Of a stretch of 64,000 nt of DNA, positions 1 to 13,235 are shown one piece after another. Location: the NCBI RefSeq assembly GCF_006345805.1, contig NC_042998.1, forward strand, positions 187,302,001-187,366,000, read 5' to 3'. Made by a program: the position numbers and the translations under genes. Each line of letters starts with the position of its first letter. Within the stretch, counting starts at the first letter, position 1. The notes beneath the pieces were generated by a model. That model was not told the DNA's origin. It did not search any database and saw nothing but the letters and a program-made list of their open reading frames with translations. The stretch comes from Octopus sinensis (Eukaryota).

Positions 1-1060
1 CCATTTTCTTCTCTAATTTTCTGATAGACTCACTTGAAAACTAGCTCAGTTTGCTCTGAGCTTAGAACTTCTATAGTTGTCTCCCTTAAAAGACGGCATC
101 TGTAATACCCATTCTTGATACACACATGTACTGCATCTTGTCTAAGCCAATGCTTTTTCTAAGTAGTTTTTGTTGTAATTCTTTTTCCTATTTTGCCCAT
201 CCATATGATTTTTCTCTAGTTGCTTCTTTCTAAATGTCATTTTTGCCTTTGACTACACTGTACTATCTGATTGGGCGTATTGAAAGGTTACTGTGTGCTT
301 TACTTCACTAAATATTTCCAGTATCTCAGATGCTATCTCTGATGGTTCAGCTGTTAACTCTGCTTCGTATGCTTTCTACAATGTACTGTTAACTTTTGTA
401 GTGGATACCCCTATAGTCTCTTTATGGGTTAGTCCCTTTCTCCACGTCCAGCAACCTCAGTGTTTTCAAGCCTCTTTTTTCTTGGTGTCTTATATTGTTC
501 ATTGCAACATCGCTTTCTATCAAACCTCCCAGGGTCATCTGTTACCTTTTACGGTTCTATCAGCACTACCAGTCCACTGCCATGTTACCTTCAGTTTGGC
601 TGGAAACATGCTCCCTCTATTGATCTGTTTTTTTTTCTTTAATTTGCAGCAAGTTCTCTGAGAAATTATTGGTTGTACTCTACATTAAACATTTCTAGCT
701 CCTTCTTGTCATGCATTCTTTAAATGTATATTTGGTTGAGGGTGGGGGTCTTTCAGTTTCAATATCTTCCCTCTCCAGATTGTCTCATGTACCTTCATGC
801 TAAACACTTTGCTGAACTCCCTGCTAACTCTTTATCTTGCTGATGGCAACCTCTCTACATGGCTTTCACAGCTCTCACAAGCCGTACATCTACGTTTGGT
901 TTTCTTAGTGACCACTAAATTACAGAGTGCAAGATATAGTGGCTTGTCATTAACTGAGAACTACTCTTGTATTTGTCACTCCAGGAAGAAGACATTGATG
1001 GTGCTTTATTTGGTACTAACCTGAACTACATCCCATCTAAATCAATTTTCTTCCTAATGA
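1..1060 (-). mobile_element. Decayed non-LTR retrotransposon ORF fragment (probably RTE-type, endonuclease end/linker)
   Basis: Minus strand is purine-rich and coding-like with an SDH-like endonuclease C-terminal motif near 905-915; many stops and frameshifts. Confidence 0.4.
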
Positions 1061-2829
1061 GTTGTGCTGTAACTATTTTGTTTTTACTTTCATATTGAAT
1101 TTTAAAATTTGCTTTCCATGTCACAGTCCATACCAGTTCTAATTCAGTCTTCTAATTCTGGCCTTCTAAGATGATTTACAAGAATACTTCTGACTAGTAT
1201 GCCCCATTTTTGACATGGTTGGTGTTAGGAAAGACTGGATTCTATTCAAATACCACCCACTTTATTGTGAATTTTATCAAGGCCCTAGCACTGGCAAAGT
1301 TGCTTTGTGTTCTACAAGATTAAAAAATTCTTACTAAAAAGAAGAGATCTACTACCATCCCTTGTTACATAGATAGCATGGTACTGTGGCTGGGACAGAT
1401 GAGTTATAGATAGCTACAAGGTTATCAAAGATGTGAGAAAAGTGGAGAGGAACTTTACAAAACATTTTGGATAAGAGCCGCAAATGTAGATATACTATAC
1501 CTCTGAACTTCCGTTCTACTATTTTAATGCTTCACTATATTCAAACAACTTTTTGTTAGTGAATAAGGGAAAGATAACTTAATACATTCTCTACACATTT
1601 AAGTTGAATCTCTTGTAATATGAGTTTCATGCACAGTCATCATTAGGCAAGAACTGTTATTACTCAAAATATTTGTTCTTTTATATCCATTCATATGGAT
1701 TTGTTATTTAGTTTAGACCTCTTGTTTCTATTGCTTGGTCTCTGGTGGTCTTTTGTTTTGTTGTTTCTATTAGGGAATTGTTTGTAACTGGTTTCTACTG
1801 ACTTTAAGCTGTAAGTTGGCATATTTCTTTCAAATATTCACCATTCTATTGGTTGTTTATATGCTTATGTTTTCTTTTCTTTTCATGCTTTTGTTATTCT
1901 CTTTTTTTTTGTAAACTTAACTTGTCAAAAACCTGTGTTATTTTGGGAAATGTTTTTACCATTGGTCAAATTTGAATATGAATTCAGATATTAAGCTGAT
2001 TTTTGGTCATTTGCCTTGTTTCTGTTTTTTTTTCTTTTTATGGCATAGTGGTTTGGGTGGTTAGTCTTGTTGGCTACACATTCTCTTTTTTATGGTCTAG
2101 TGAATTTGGTAGTTTGGGGTGTGGTTTTTTTGCTCTATGAATACATAAACATATTTTTTTTTATTGTGTGTATGTACACACACACACACACTCTTTCTCT
2201 AATGTTTGTTTTATATATTTGTAATATATATGTAACTACATCTCTTCTAAACTGCATCTTTTTCTTCCTTACGTTTCCTCTTCATACACTATGATTATCT
2301 CCCAGTACCCATCACTCCCCTCACTGCCCTACTTACTGTATCGCTGCTTTCCTCCACTCCATCTTTATACCTACGTTTTCACCAGTCACCTCAATCCCCA
2401 TTCCCTACTTGCACCTTCTTGGCCATGTATATTACGACCTCTGTACCTTGAGGGCATGCTCTGGCAATTGCTGCCATTTATCTCTTTCTTCCTTATTCTA
2501 CCATCCCATCTATGCTCTGATCCCTGTTACTTGTGAGTATACCCTAGCACTTAACCATCATCTCTCTCCTGCTCTCTCTTGCACTTTTGCTGTTTTCCAC
2601 TCTCTTTCCCTTGCTCTTCCCACTGGCTGGGTAGCCATCTATCTCCTCTACAGCTGCACACCTGTTTCTGCCCTCATTCTTGATCACTCTCTTGCTTTTC
2701 CCTCTGGTTAGGTAACCAAGTATCTCCTTTACATCAGCACACCTGTTTCTGTCCTTTTTCTTGTTACCCCCGCTTCACTCTCTCTCTGGCTTGGTAACCA
2801 TGTACCTTTTTTCTGCTTCCCTGTCTTAC

Positions 2830-3213
2830 TCTAAACTTTTGTCCTCTGACACAAGATCCCCTCCTCCAATGCCCTCCCTCCTCTCAAAATTCCTTGTCTT
2901 GCAAGTTACTTGGTGACTCTGCTGGTGCCACATAAAAAGCATCCAGTCAACTCTGTAAAGTGGTTGGCTTTTGGAAGGGCATCCAGCTATAAAAACCATG
3001 GCAAAACTGACCTTGCCTGTGCTAGTGCCACATAAAAAGCACTGTCCCCTCTGTGGAGTGGTTGGTGTTAGGAAGGGCATCCTGCCTTAAAAATCCTTCC
3101 AAAACAGATACAGTAACCTGGGGTAGTCTCCTGCCTGGATGGCTGCTGTCAAACTGTCCAACCCCTACCTGCATGGAAGGCAGATGTTAAACGATGATGA
3201 TGATCATCATCAT
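2830..3213 (+). mobile_element. RTE-associated element 3' end with (GAT)n tail (family C)
   Basis: Motifs gtgccacataaaaagcac, ttaggaagggcatcc and catggaa..gatgttaaacgatgatgat shared with many copies in the window. Confidence 0.75.
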
Positions 3214-4681
3214 GTAACATCTACGTGTATGAATGTGTAATGTTAGTATGCAGAGAGATGTGGTACAGAAGAGCTGGGATCTAAACCAGGTATTAGAGGA
3301 ATCAGTTGTAGTGTGCAACAAAGGTGTGATGTATATGGAGGTTAACAACTGAATAAAGAAGTGACAAGCAAGCCAAATAAAGGAAACTGGGGAAGTGGAA
3401 GATATGGGTAGAAGTGATAGAAGCTGATCTCAGGTTGTTGAACATTATAGAAGAAATGTCATGAAAAAAAAAACCAAAACAAAACAAACGCAACAAATGA
3501 CAAGACACTGTGTTGGTAAGGACTTGTCTAACCCATGCAAGCATGGAAAAATGGATATAAAATTGATGACATATATATATAGCTTTGATTGTAGGGGATC
3601 CATAGAGGATCAAGGCATATCAAAGTAAAGCATGCCACAAATTGGCTAGACAGAATGATACAAAACATACCATTAAGTAGTATATTATCATAGCATGGAA
3701 TGCGTTGATAAAAGGATGTTCATTGTTGTTAAGTAATCTACATCTGCTATAGTATCCAAAAGTATCCAATGATGAATGGGACCTTAAGAGTGGCATAAAG
3801 ACATAATAAAAACAGATGAATGAATTATCTGGTATTGTTGCAATTATTTTAAGAGACTTCATTGTGATATAAGCATAGTACAGTCAGGTATGCAGTATGC
3901 ATGAAATCCATAAGATTACATAATGTTTATGCAACTCTCAACTCCTCAGGCTTACCAGATAAACCAGCAAGTAGTGACATGTTGTTTAATCCCTATAGAT
4001 GTTTCCTCATTGGCTTTTGTGTATGTATGTATGTATTTGTATACACACACATACACTCAAGGCCTATGAGGTCTGTGTAACTTATGCCATGTCTTTCTGT
4101 AGGTTACTGCTTGCAAAGGAAATGTTGACCATATGCATGTGCAAGAGTGGACTCTTCTGGTGACATCCAAGGACTAGTATATTCTTTTCTACTCTAGGCA
4201 CAAGGCCTGAAATTTTGGGGGAGGGGGCCATCACAAGTAGTGCCCTTTATTTCCCCATTTCCAATCTTATATGTAAAAATGTTTGGCCATGAGGAAATAT
4301 TACCTTAGTGAGGGCTGGTGGTAGGAAGGGCATCTGGCTGTAGAAAATATATATGCCTCAACAAAACCCATGTGAGCATGGAAAAGTGGATTGTAAAAGT
4401 GATGATAATGATGTTTACAAAGTGTACGAGGTATATGTTATTGTGGAAAGACAGAGAGTGATAGTAGCAATAGAGATACACAGTGGTAAGCTTTGAGAGC
4501 TAGAAGACTGTGAAGTACAGATATGATACAACCCGTCAGATACAGGCTATATGGAGGTAACATTGCTAGAGTATAGAGGATTACAATAGGAGAGATTGAA
4601 TGTGGATAGTTTCAATAATTTGTCTAACTACACAGGCAGCAAGGTATAATGAATAGGCGAGCTATGGTATAATGAATGGTT

Positions 4682-4906
4682 AAGGCGGCAAGCTGGCAGA
4701 ATCGTTAGCACGTCTGGCGAAATGCTTAGCGGTATTTTGTCTGGCGCTACGTTCTGAGTTCAAATTCCGCCAAGGTCAACTTTACCTTTCGGGGTTGATA
4801 AATTAATTACCAGTTACGCACTGGGGTCGATGTAATCGACTTAATACCTATGTCTGTCCTTGCTTGTCCCCTCTATGTTTGGCCCCTTGTGGGTAATAAA
4901 GAAATA
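4682..4906 (+). mobile_element. tRNA-derived SINE, family A
   Basis: aaggcggcaagctggcagaatcgttagc A-box-like head and gagttcaaattcc B-box; highly similar to copies at 9866 and 50387. Confidence 0.9.
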
Positions 4907-6963
4907 GGTTTAATGAATAGGAGATAGTAAATGTGAGAGAGATGGGTCACTTGGGACAAAACCAGTGCAGTTCCTGGCTACACTAGCTGCATGTTACAAG
5001 GGTAATCTGCTACCATCTTTAGTTAGAACATTGTAGTATTGTGGATAGAAGTGAGGATATGTGATAGGCAGAAGAGTATCAAAGAGGTGGGCAAAGTAGC
5101 AGATGTAGAGTTAAGAACAATTTGGTTGGAGACCCAAATTAGATGTCTCCCAGCTCACATTAGCAGTAGTTTTAAAAGATTTTAGTGTTAATTTTACATG
5201 ATTGAATGATGTGCGGATCTTCTCCAGCATTGCATGTTGCCAATCATTTCAGTCCTTTGTCAGCTCTGTGAGGATCAGTTTTCTGAAATCAGTCTTCGCC
5301 ACTTCATCCCATTTCTTCCTGGGTCCTTTCTCTTTTTTATAGATTCTGTCCACTCTGACCCTCCTGCACTTTATATAACTGTCATTGCATGCTTGTGCAT
5401 GAGTACATGTGATTTCTCTTATATCCAGATTTTGTTTCAGCTCATTTGTATCCTATTGTTCATACATGCACACTGATGTTACACACCTAGCAGAACATGC
5501 TAGCTTTGTTCCATTCTTGTCTTTGCAAATCCTTTGCTCTCAGGACCCACATCTCACTATCATGCAACATTGCAGTTCAAATACAAGTATCATACAATCT
5601 TACTTTCTTTCTGAGGGAGAGAACCCTTTATAACTAGCACTTCTGTTATAGTCAGGAAGCCTGTGATAAATAGGATGAGAAACGAGCTCTAATGGACTTC
5701 TACTTGTACAAATTAGTTGTACTTATTGCTGACTCCCATTTCTGCTGGTGGTACCTATGTGCATGGCCTTTACTGCCCTCACAAACTATCCAGCTACTCC
5801 TTTCTGAGTGACAAGTAAGATTACTGAGCATGGAAGCCTGATGAAAGCAGGGTCTCTGACTGCTAGGCACAGTGGCTTATTCCTAGCTAAATATTTCTAG
5901 GAAGATAGCATCTCATATAGACTAAATCTTTTTCTAACCAGCAACACATTTTGCAACATTCGTAATTTGGTCCAACAATTTGATATCTTTATAACTTCTC
6001 TTTAGTGCATCTCCTTTACACTTTTAGTCATTGACAATGACACTATACTCAATATTGAGTATGATACCATCTTGTACTACTTGATTGATTATGTGGGTCA
6101 CTATTCTGTACTCTACACTATCAGTGACTTCCTTATGGACCAAGAACTTGCCTTCTTTGGTTTATTTTTAATCACTTGACCTAGCACACTGCTGTCAACT
6201 TGAATGGCTGGTTTCTGTTGATTCTGCTTGCAGAAGATTCTCTTTCTCCATCTGGTATTCTCCATAGTCAAAAGTCTCTTATAGTAGTTCTTCCTTGCCT
6301 CTTTTGTCATCAGTAAGAGCAAGTGTCCCATTGTCACTCCATACACACTTTTTGATGACATTTCAATTCACTTTAGTATACTGCGTAGCGATCCAAATAC
6401 TTCATGCCTCTGCTTTTCAAACTGCAGAACATATGCAAACCTCTCTCTTTCTGCTTTTCTCCTTTCTAGGTATAACTAATATTATAACTGATATTTTTTG
6501 TTTGAATGAAGGTATCCTGATGGAGAGAAAAATGAAATAGAAAATGTGTGTATGTGTGTGTTTATATATGTATATATTAGGTGGCCAGTTGGCAAGGTTG
6601 TTAGAATATCTGGTTAATTGCTTTGCAGTTATTCAGAGTTCAGTTCTTACCGTCAACTTTGCTTTTCATTCTTTCAGTTTAATAAATATTGATAAAATAC
6701 CAGCACGATGGTTCTATCCTGGGACCAACTTTTTCTTTCACTCTTTTCCCTGTGTGTGTGTCTTTCTCTCTGGAAGAACTTGATTGTGACCATACCTGGA
6801 GAAGGATGGGTTCTGCTAGGTTTTAAAATGCCTATGATATGTATGTATGAGTGTGAAATCAAACTCCTGTGTAAGTGGATTACTATTGGTTGAAAAGATG
6901 AAAAGAAGTAATCTCTCATTAATAAAAAATATTTTCTATTCTAGTGATTCCAAATGTTCTAAA

Positions 6964-7173
6964 CCCTTTCGTTACCAAACCGGCTCTGGCTCTGAGGACA
7001 AATGTCTTGTTTTCATAAGTTTTGAATTAAAATCTTCCACCAAACCTTAGTCACAATTTATGTTCCTAACACTAGTTGAATGATAACTGAGTTAATTTAC
7101 TAAATTCTTTGTTATATTTAAAGTAATTGAAAGAAACACAGAACATCTCAAAATAGATATGGTAATGAAAGGG
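6964..7173. mobile_element. piggyBac-type MITE
   Basis: Terminal inverted repeats ccctttcgttacca / tggtaatgaaaggg; TTAA on right flank, TAAA on left. Confidence 0.75.
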
Positions 7174-7699
7174 TTAAACATGTTAGTTGTGACATTTCAT
7201 ACTTTTGTGTAGAGCTGCATATCATGTGACCTATCTGTTGACATTTTGGTACATAGCAGTACTTACTTCCTCATGTGAAGAATGCCTTTGTAGTTTTTCT
7301 TTTTTATTGCCATTGTAAATTGTAATGTATAAAGAAAAAAATAAAATGTCCAAAAATTTTTACCATTAGTCACTCTGTTTTCCTTTCTTAATATTCACAC
7401 TGGGCATATAAGGATGAAACATTGTTTTTTTCTGCGCTCTTAGATTGTTCTAAAAGTTATTTTCAAGATTTGAGATTTTAAGTGTCTGAATGTATTCATA
7501 CAGTATACTGGCAGTGCATGGAACATACAATTTCAGAGATGTTCAGAGTTTACCATTTCTAATTTAGTTAGTTGCTCATGATAGAATCTTTTGGATCATT
7601 TTGGTTTCAGACACCAAATTCTATTTTTTAAAAATTTCTACATGTATGTACGTTTCATGTTAATTATGAAAATCATGATTAGTTTTTGGAGAAATCATG

Positions 7700-8731
7700 A
7701 GACTGCAGAATAAATGATAATCAAATGGGGCGATATCCAGCAAATTTGGTGGGTGGGGCATCATTTCCTATTCAAACTGCTGCAGCCTTTGGAATGTCAT
7801 CCTTGCTGTATGTGGCCAAGTATTATCCTGATGGAAGAACACCTTTCGTTTTGAAACCAAAGATGGTCGTTTTTCTATCAATGCTGACTTAAGCTGCTCA
7901 CAGTAGATCTCGTTTGTTATTGTTTGGTTTGGGTTTAAAAGTTCAAAGTGGACTAAACATTTCATATCCCACCAAACAGATAACAACACCTTATGTGGAT
8001 GAAGACCTTTTTTAGCTTTGGATGGCAGTGTTTCTCCTTTCCCTACCCACTGTCTTTGGCACTTGACATTTTTATAGAGAATCCAGTTCTTGTTGCCAGT
8101 CACTATTCGGTCCCAAAAAGTTTCATTCCTGAGACGTGACAGCAAAGAAGAGCACACATTCACTCTCTGCACACAATTAGATTCAGAAGGTTTGTGAGGA
8201 ACAGATTGACCCAATTTGCTGACTTTTCTCATGGCATGCGGTCGTCGATAAATGGTTGAATGACCAAATACAAGCTTCTCTGTTAGTTCCCCAACAGTTA
8301 CAATTGGATTTTGTTCCACCAGGGTTTGCAGGATGTCCTCATTGAGCTCTACAGATCTTCCGGGACAAGGCTTTTCTTCTAGGCTGTAGTTTTCAGCTCA
8401 GAATTTCTGGAATCACCATTGACACTAGTTTATGTTTATTGTCCGATCCCCATATATTGCATTAATATTCCTCGCACTTTCTGTTGCATTGTTGCCTTTA
8501 TTGAATTTGCAAAGCAAAAAATGCCAAATATACTCCTTTGTCACTGCCATTATAGCTTTGAAAAAGTAACATAAAATCAAACTGCGCTCTTCAAAACATG
8601 CACTAAGAATAAGCACAAGGTAAAATTACTACCTGCTTTTATTGCAAGTTGATGCTGGTGGTTTATCCATCCCCCTCTGACATTTAGTTCATGCAATTGA
8701 AAAAAGTCACATTATTTATGGGACGAGCCAA
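7700..8731 (-). mobile_element. Mariner transposon relic, 3'-truncated
   Basis: ORF 7768-8319 with IVTGNKNW (TGDEKW-like), KVLLSVWWD and FHQDN motifs, then a YSPD-like PHPPNLLDIAPFDYHLF; terminal repeat ttatttatgggacgagccaa + TA at 8712-8733. Confidence 0.92.
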
Positions 8732-8741
8732 TATATATATT

Positions 8742-8855
8742 ATTGTGTCTGGGGAGAGTCATTTTGTTTTAGTATTGGTTTGATTTCCACTCATTTACTT
8801 TTTTTTATTTTTAATTTTCATTGCGTCTTGCAACCTTTTCATTAGCCGTTGACTC
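8742..8855 (-). repeat. Penelope-associated terminal repeat (pLTR-like) copy
   Basis: Same sequence as the arms of the 15182-15469 palindrome and 10530-10665; lies 3' of the GIY-YIG fragment on the same strand. Confidence 0.55.
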
Positions 8856-8961
8856 TGGCCATTATCAGAACTGCATTCCTTTTGTTTGTTTGTATGTGTG
8901 TGCATATGCATACATGTATGTATGTGTGTGTATGCATGTATGTGTGTCTGTGTATGCATAT

Positions 8962-9265
8962 ATCATCATCATCGTTCAACGTTCGTTTTCCATGTTGGCA
9001 TGGTTGGACGGTTCGACTAGGGTTAATCCATGCCAGCTTGGAAAACGGACGTTAAACAATGATGATGATGATGATGATGATCATCATCATCATCATCGTT
9101 TAACGTCCGTTTTCTGTGCTAGCACGGGTTGGACGGTTCGACCGGGGTCTGGGAAGCCAGGGCTGCACCAGGCTCCAGTCTGATCTGGCAGTGTTTCTAC
9201 AGCTGGATGCCCTTCCTAACGCCAACCACTCCACGAGTGTAGTGGGTGCTTTTTACGTGCCACCT
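8962..9265. mobile_element. Cluster of three family C 3' ends in alternating orientation
   Basis: catcatc..ttccatg (minus), ccatgccagcttggaaaacggacgttaaac-(GAT)n (plus), then (CAT)n-gtttaacgtccg (minus). Confidence 0.8.
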
Positions 9266-9602
9266 GATATATATATATATATATGCATGCACGTGTACAT
9301 TTGTATGTATGTATTCTGCATATTCATATGTTCGTGCGTTCATGTTTTTGTATTTGTGTGTGTGCATGTTTGAGTATGTGTGTATGGTTGGTCATGTTTC
9401 AATCTTCATTTATGTATGTATGTGTGTGTGCTTGTCCATATTACCTATGTACCTATCTATCTGTTTATCTGTTTACTTGCATATCCATTTACCTACATAT
9501 ACATACATACATACATTCATACATACACACGTCTACACAACAGCCTACTATCAAATCTCCCTGTGTATATATAAACTGTGGGTATTGGAGTATGACTACC
9601 TT

Positions 9603-10345
9603 CTACGTATATTTCCTATTTAGTACTGGGGATGTTTTGTTTATGAAGACGTACTCCTGTATTTGTCTGAGTATTGGGTCTTTCAGGTGCTTGGATAAAA
9701 TGCAGATGTCAAGTTGACCCAGTGTGCCTCCATGTTGGTCGTTGGCATGTTGATAGAGTATAGAGGACTGTTTTTTGTCGTCATATTGTCTCAAATGTTC
9801 ATTTAGTCTCTCTACAATGCTTCTAGATGTCTCGCCTATGTATATCATGTTCTTTTCTTTACAAGCAATTTCTTTACTGCCCACAAGGGGCTAAACACAG
9901 AATGGACAAACAAGGACAGACAAACGGATTAAATCGATTACATCGACCCCAGTGCGTAACTGGTACTTATTTAATCGACCCCGAAAGGATGAAAGGCAAA
10001 GTCGACCTCGGCGGAATTTGAACTCAGAATGTAACGGCTACGCATTTCGCCCGGCGTGCTAACGTTTCTGCCAGCTCGCCGCCTTTTCTTTTCTTTACAA
10101 GTATCCTCTATGCACCTTATGCTGTAGACTACATTTCTAGTTCTACAGTTAATGCCAAGGTTGGTCTTATATACAATGCAGTTATCATTGGTGCATGTGG
10201 TATTCACAAAGGGGTACATCCTACATATTTGTGATCTGATGGAGCTCACTGGCTTTTCAACTATCTTAATGTTGAGTTTGGCTTCCTTCAGAGATTTCCT
10301 AAACCTTCAAGCTAGTTCTCCATGGGCTGTGGCTACGACAAACAT
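9603..10345 (-). mobile_element. Penelope-like element GIY-YIG endonuclease remnant, split by a SINE
   Basis: NCRTRNVVYSIRC...C (10090-10150) joins IYIGETSRSIVERLNEH...LYQH...RQIQEYVFI...PVLN (9603-9850) once the SINE is removed: the VVY-YIG signature of PLE endonucleases. Confidence 0.9.
9866..10085 (-). mobile_element. tRNA-derived SINE, family A, with 16-bp target-site duplication
   Basis: CpG-rich full copy; ttcttttctttacaag repeated at 9850-9865 and 10086-10101. Confidence 0.93.
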
Positions 10346-10416
10346 CACTCTTCATATCTGTCAGTCTTGTACCATGTGTTCACCTTGTTTGCTTTGTCAC
10401 AAGCTCTTTGTATCCT

Positions 10417-10451
<35 letters not shown>

Positions 10452-10529
10452 CATAGACACACACATACATGTGAATACAAATGTACACCAATGCACACAC
10501 ACGTGCACAAACAAACAAAAAGAACACAG

Positions 10530-10665
10530 GTCTCATAAGACTATTGCAAAAGTTGTGAAACGCAATGGAAATTTTAGAAAAAATATGTAAATGAGTGAAA
10601 ATTGAAATGGCGAATGTGTTAAATAATAAGGCACTAAAAGAAAATGACTCCCCAGACACAATAAA
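10530..10665 (+). repeat. Inverted pLTR-like copy on the 5' side of the Penelope fragment
   Basis: aaggcactaaaagaaaatgactccccagacacaat is reverse-complementary to 8742-8775 and matches 15426-15461. Confidence 0.55.
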
Positions 10666-10725
10666 AAATGTTTCAAAACATAAATTCACATAAACAATCT
10701 TACAAACAAAATAAAAACAACAAAA

Positions 10726-10756
<31 letters not shown>

Positions 10757-10804
10757 CTACTGAATCTCCAATATTTTCACTCCTTCTATATTTTCATATT
10801 TCTT

Positions 10805-11160
10805 CCTATAAATATGTATATATGTAAATATGCATACATATATGTAAGTATATATATATACATGTAAATACATATACATATATGTAAATATACATATATG
10901 TAAATATATATACATGTAAATATATATACATGTAAATACATATACATATATGTAAATATATATACATGTAAATACATATACATATATGTAAATATATATG
11001 CATGTAAATAGATATACATATATGTAAATATATATGCATGTAAATAGATATACATATATGTAAATATATATATGTATGTAAATATATGTATATATATGTA
11101 TAAATGTGTGTATATGTAAATATATATGTATATATATACATAGATGTAAATATATATACA
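10805..11160. repeat. Compound AT-rich micro/minisatellite (catatatgtaaatatata-type units)
   Basis: Repeated tgtaaata + (TA/CA)n units; source of spurious Y/I-rich ORFs. Confidence 0.95.
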
Positions 11161-11259
11161 TCTTTGATTTGATCTAGTTTCAGCTCATGTGCTGTGACCA
11201 TGCTGGGGCACTGCCATTTGGTGTTGTTACATAATTTTACTTCACTAATTCTTTTTAGA

Positions 11260-11660
11260 AATTGACATTTGGAGCATGAGGGAGTTTGATGGATGCCGCC
11301 ACCCTCCTCTGCACCTCCTGCTGTGAAGTTGGTTTGTCTGGGACACTTAACAATAAGACGTCCAATTCCATTTTGAAAACACCTGCATCCACTGCATGCA
11401 GATCTCTCATGTCTTCCAAGAGGATATTGAACAGCTGTGGTCCTCCGTACCCCAGGCTCTTGCAGTATCTTGTCTAACATCTTGATGGCAAATTTGGAGT
11501 CGTTGGCATTATGCAGTGGCACCCTGTTCTAGTTTTTGTGTAACTCTCGATACCAAAGTTTGGGACAAGTTTCTCCAGGATCTTCCAGATTTATATTATG
11601 GCATCTTTCTCACCTATGCTCTTATGAATAGAGTCTTAATCTCTTGAGTCTTTCCAGTAG
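11260..11660 (-). mobile_element. CR1-group LINE ORF2 C-terminal remnant
   Basis: Across frames reads IWKILEKLVPNFGIESYT...GPQLFNIL...DLHAVDAGVFKMELDVLL.SVPDKP, typical of CR1-like ORF2 ends. Confidence 0.65.
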
Positions 11661-11714
11661 CTTATATGCTGCATAGTGGCTATCTTTTTTGTGTAGCTTC
11701 ATTTGATTGCCTCA

Positions 11715-11858
11715 TATATGTAAATGTATATACGTATATGTAAATGTATATACGTATATGTAAATGTATATACGTATATGTAAATGTATATACACATTTG
11801 TAAATATATATATATGTACATATGTATGTAATTATATATATATGTATATATGTAAATG

Positions 11859-11913
<55 letters not shown>

Positions 11914-11915
11914 AA
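11715..11915. repeat. 20-bp tandem (atatgtaaatgtatatacgt) plus (TA)n microsatellite
   Basis: Directly visible. Confidence 0.9.
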
Positions 11916-11975
11916 TATGCTGCATAGAGGCTATCTTCTTCATGTAACTTCGATGGATTGCCTCATATATGTAAA

Positions 11976-12500
11976 CTAGCAGCTAAGCCTGGTTTCACCC
12001 GGTCAGTTTGGATGATGTGGCTGTAAAACCTGCTCTGTGTAAGCATTCAACTTGTTTGGGCATGCTTACATTAAAAAATAATATTAGAATGACTTTTTTC
12101 TGTCAAAATGCTAAAAATAACTGTCAAAAAGAAACCCAACCAAGATTCAACCTAATCAAAAAATAAACCCAAATACTAAGCGAACAAAGATGAACCATCC
12201 CACTTTCATTGCACGCGCACAGGCACACACAAACACAGACACACACATAAAAACACACGCCTTCACATACCCACACATATATTCACACAGTTGAAATGCT
12301 GTTTGATTTTTTTTTTCAGTGTACAATTTTCATCATCCCACTACCAAGTATGACATCACCCCTTCCTTCCTTATTCATCTATCGCTCCTTCCTTTCTCAT
12401 TCATAAATGCAATAGTATTATTATTTCAGTAACCATGGGAGCTATGAAAAAATACAAGGCCCAGAATCACCACTGGATCATTCTACACATGTCAAATTTA
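11976..12500 (-). mobile_element. Possible non-autonomous Helitron-like element
   Basis: Minus strand ends ...ccgggtgaaaccagg (imperfect hairpin) + cttagctg + CTAG|T, the Helitron 3' signature; internal CA microsatellite; the other end is uncertain. Confidence 0.45.
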
Positions 12501-12619
12501 TATGTATGGATTTATATATATTTATGTATATTTATGTAAATATTTATATATGTATATATACTCACATATGAGAGACCAAAGTGTACGCACGCTGCTATAT
12601 TTCTATATATAAAAAATAC

Positions 12620-13235
12620 AAAAATGGGATAAGAACGCAAAACATTCAGACAGTTTGGTGATACAAAAAAGGAACAACAAAACATTCAGGCAGATGATAC
12701 AAAGAAAACAAGGACGGGTCATTCCGAGCTTTTTTTCCTCAGTCAAGTTCCAGATTATCTTTGCAATTTCGGCTGATTATTCTTGAGATTGCTCCAATCT
12801 GGCCAGCCCCAAGGAAAAATTAAGCTAAGAGCATTAGATTCCTTGGAAGAAGCAGCAAATGTATACAAAAACAAGGACGGAAAAAAACAGACAATGTTAC
12901 ACAAATATAAATACGTTTTTACTTTGGAATTTTTAATTTCTTATTTTTTATTTCATAAATATTTTCGAAAGATATCTATAATATTTATTTAAGTAATTTT
13001 TTAATTTATTTATATGTTTTCTGATTGAAAAAATATGGATTTTTAATTACTATATTTGTTGATTAAAATTTAGATACCTACTTTTATATAAATTTATTAT
13101 TTTATAATTATTATATGTGAACTTTGCATGACTCGTCCTTGTTTTCTTTGTATCGTCTGTCTGGATGTTTTTTTGTTGTCCCTTTTTGTATCACCTAGAT
13201 GTCCGGATGTTTTGCGTTCTTGTCCCATTTTGTAT
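12620..13235. repeat. Inverted pair of a second dispersed repeat (possibly another Penelope pLTR)
   Basis: aaaatgggataagaacgcaaaacat...gatacaaagaaaacaaggacg (12620-12722) is reverse-complementary to 13128-13235. Confidence 0.6.

Noticed and set aside
4682-4770. Functional tRNA gene
   Set aside because: A/B-box-like head continues into a repeated SINE body; no complete cloverleaf.
7768-8319. Domesticated SETMAR-like gene
   Set aside because: Catalytic motif mutated (TGNKNW), frameshifts and stops, related decayed copy at 51268, no SET domain.
9246-9717. C/V/M-rich ORFs
   Set aside because: (TG)n/(TA)n microsatellite artefacts.
10757-11522. Long Y/I/H-rich ORFs (up to 238 aa)
   Set aside because: Translations of AT microsatellite fused to an off-frame LINE fragment.
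12740-12815. Hammerhead ribozyme in the second inverted repeat family
   Set aside because: A stem followed by GAAA exists on the minus strand, but there is no recognisable CUGANGA upstream.
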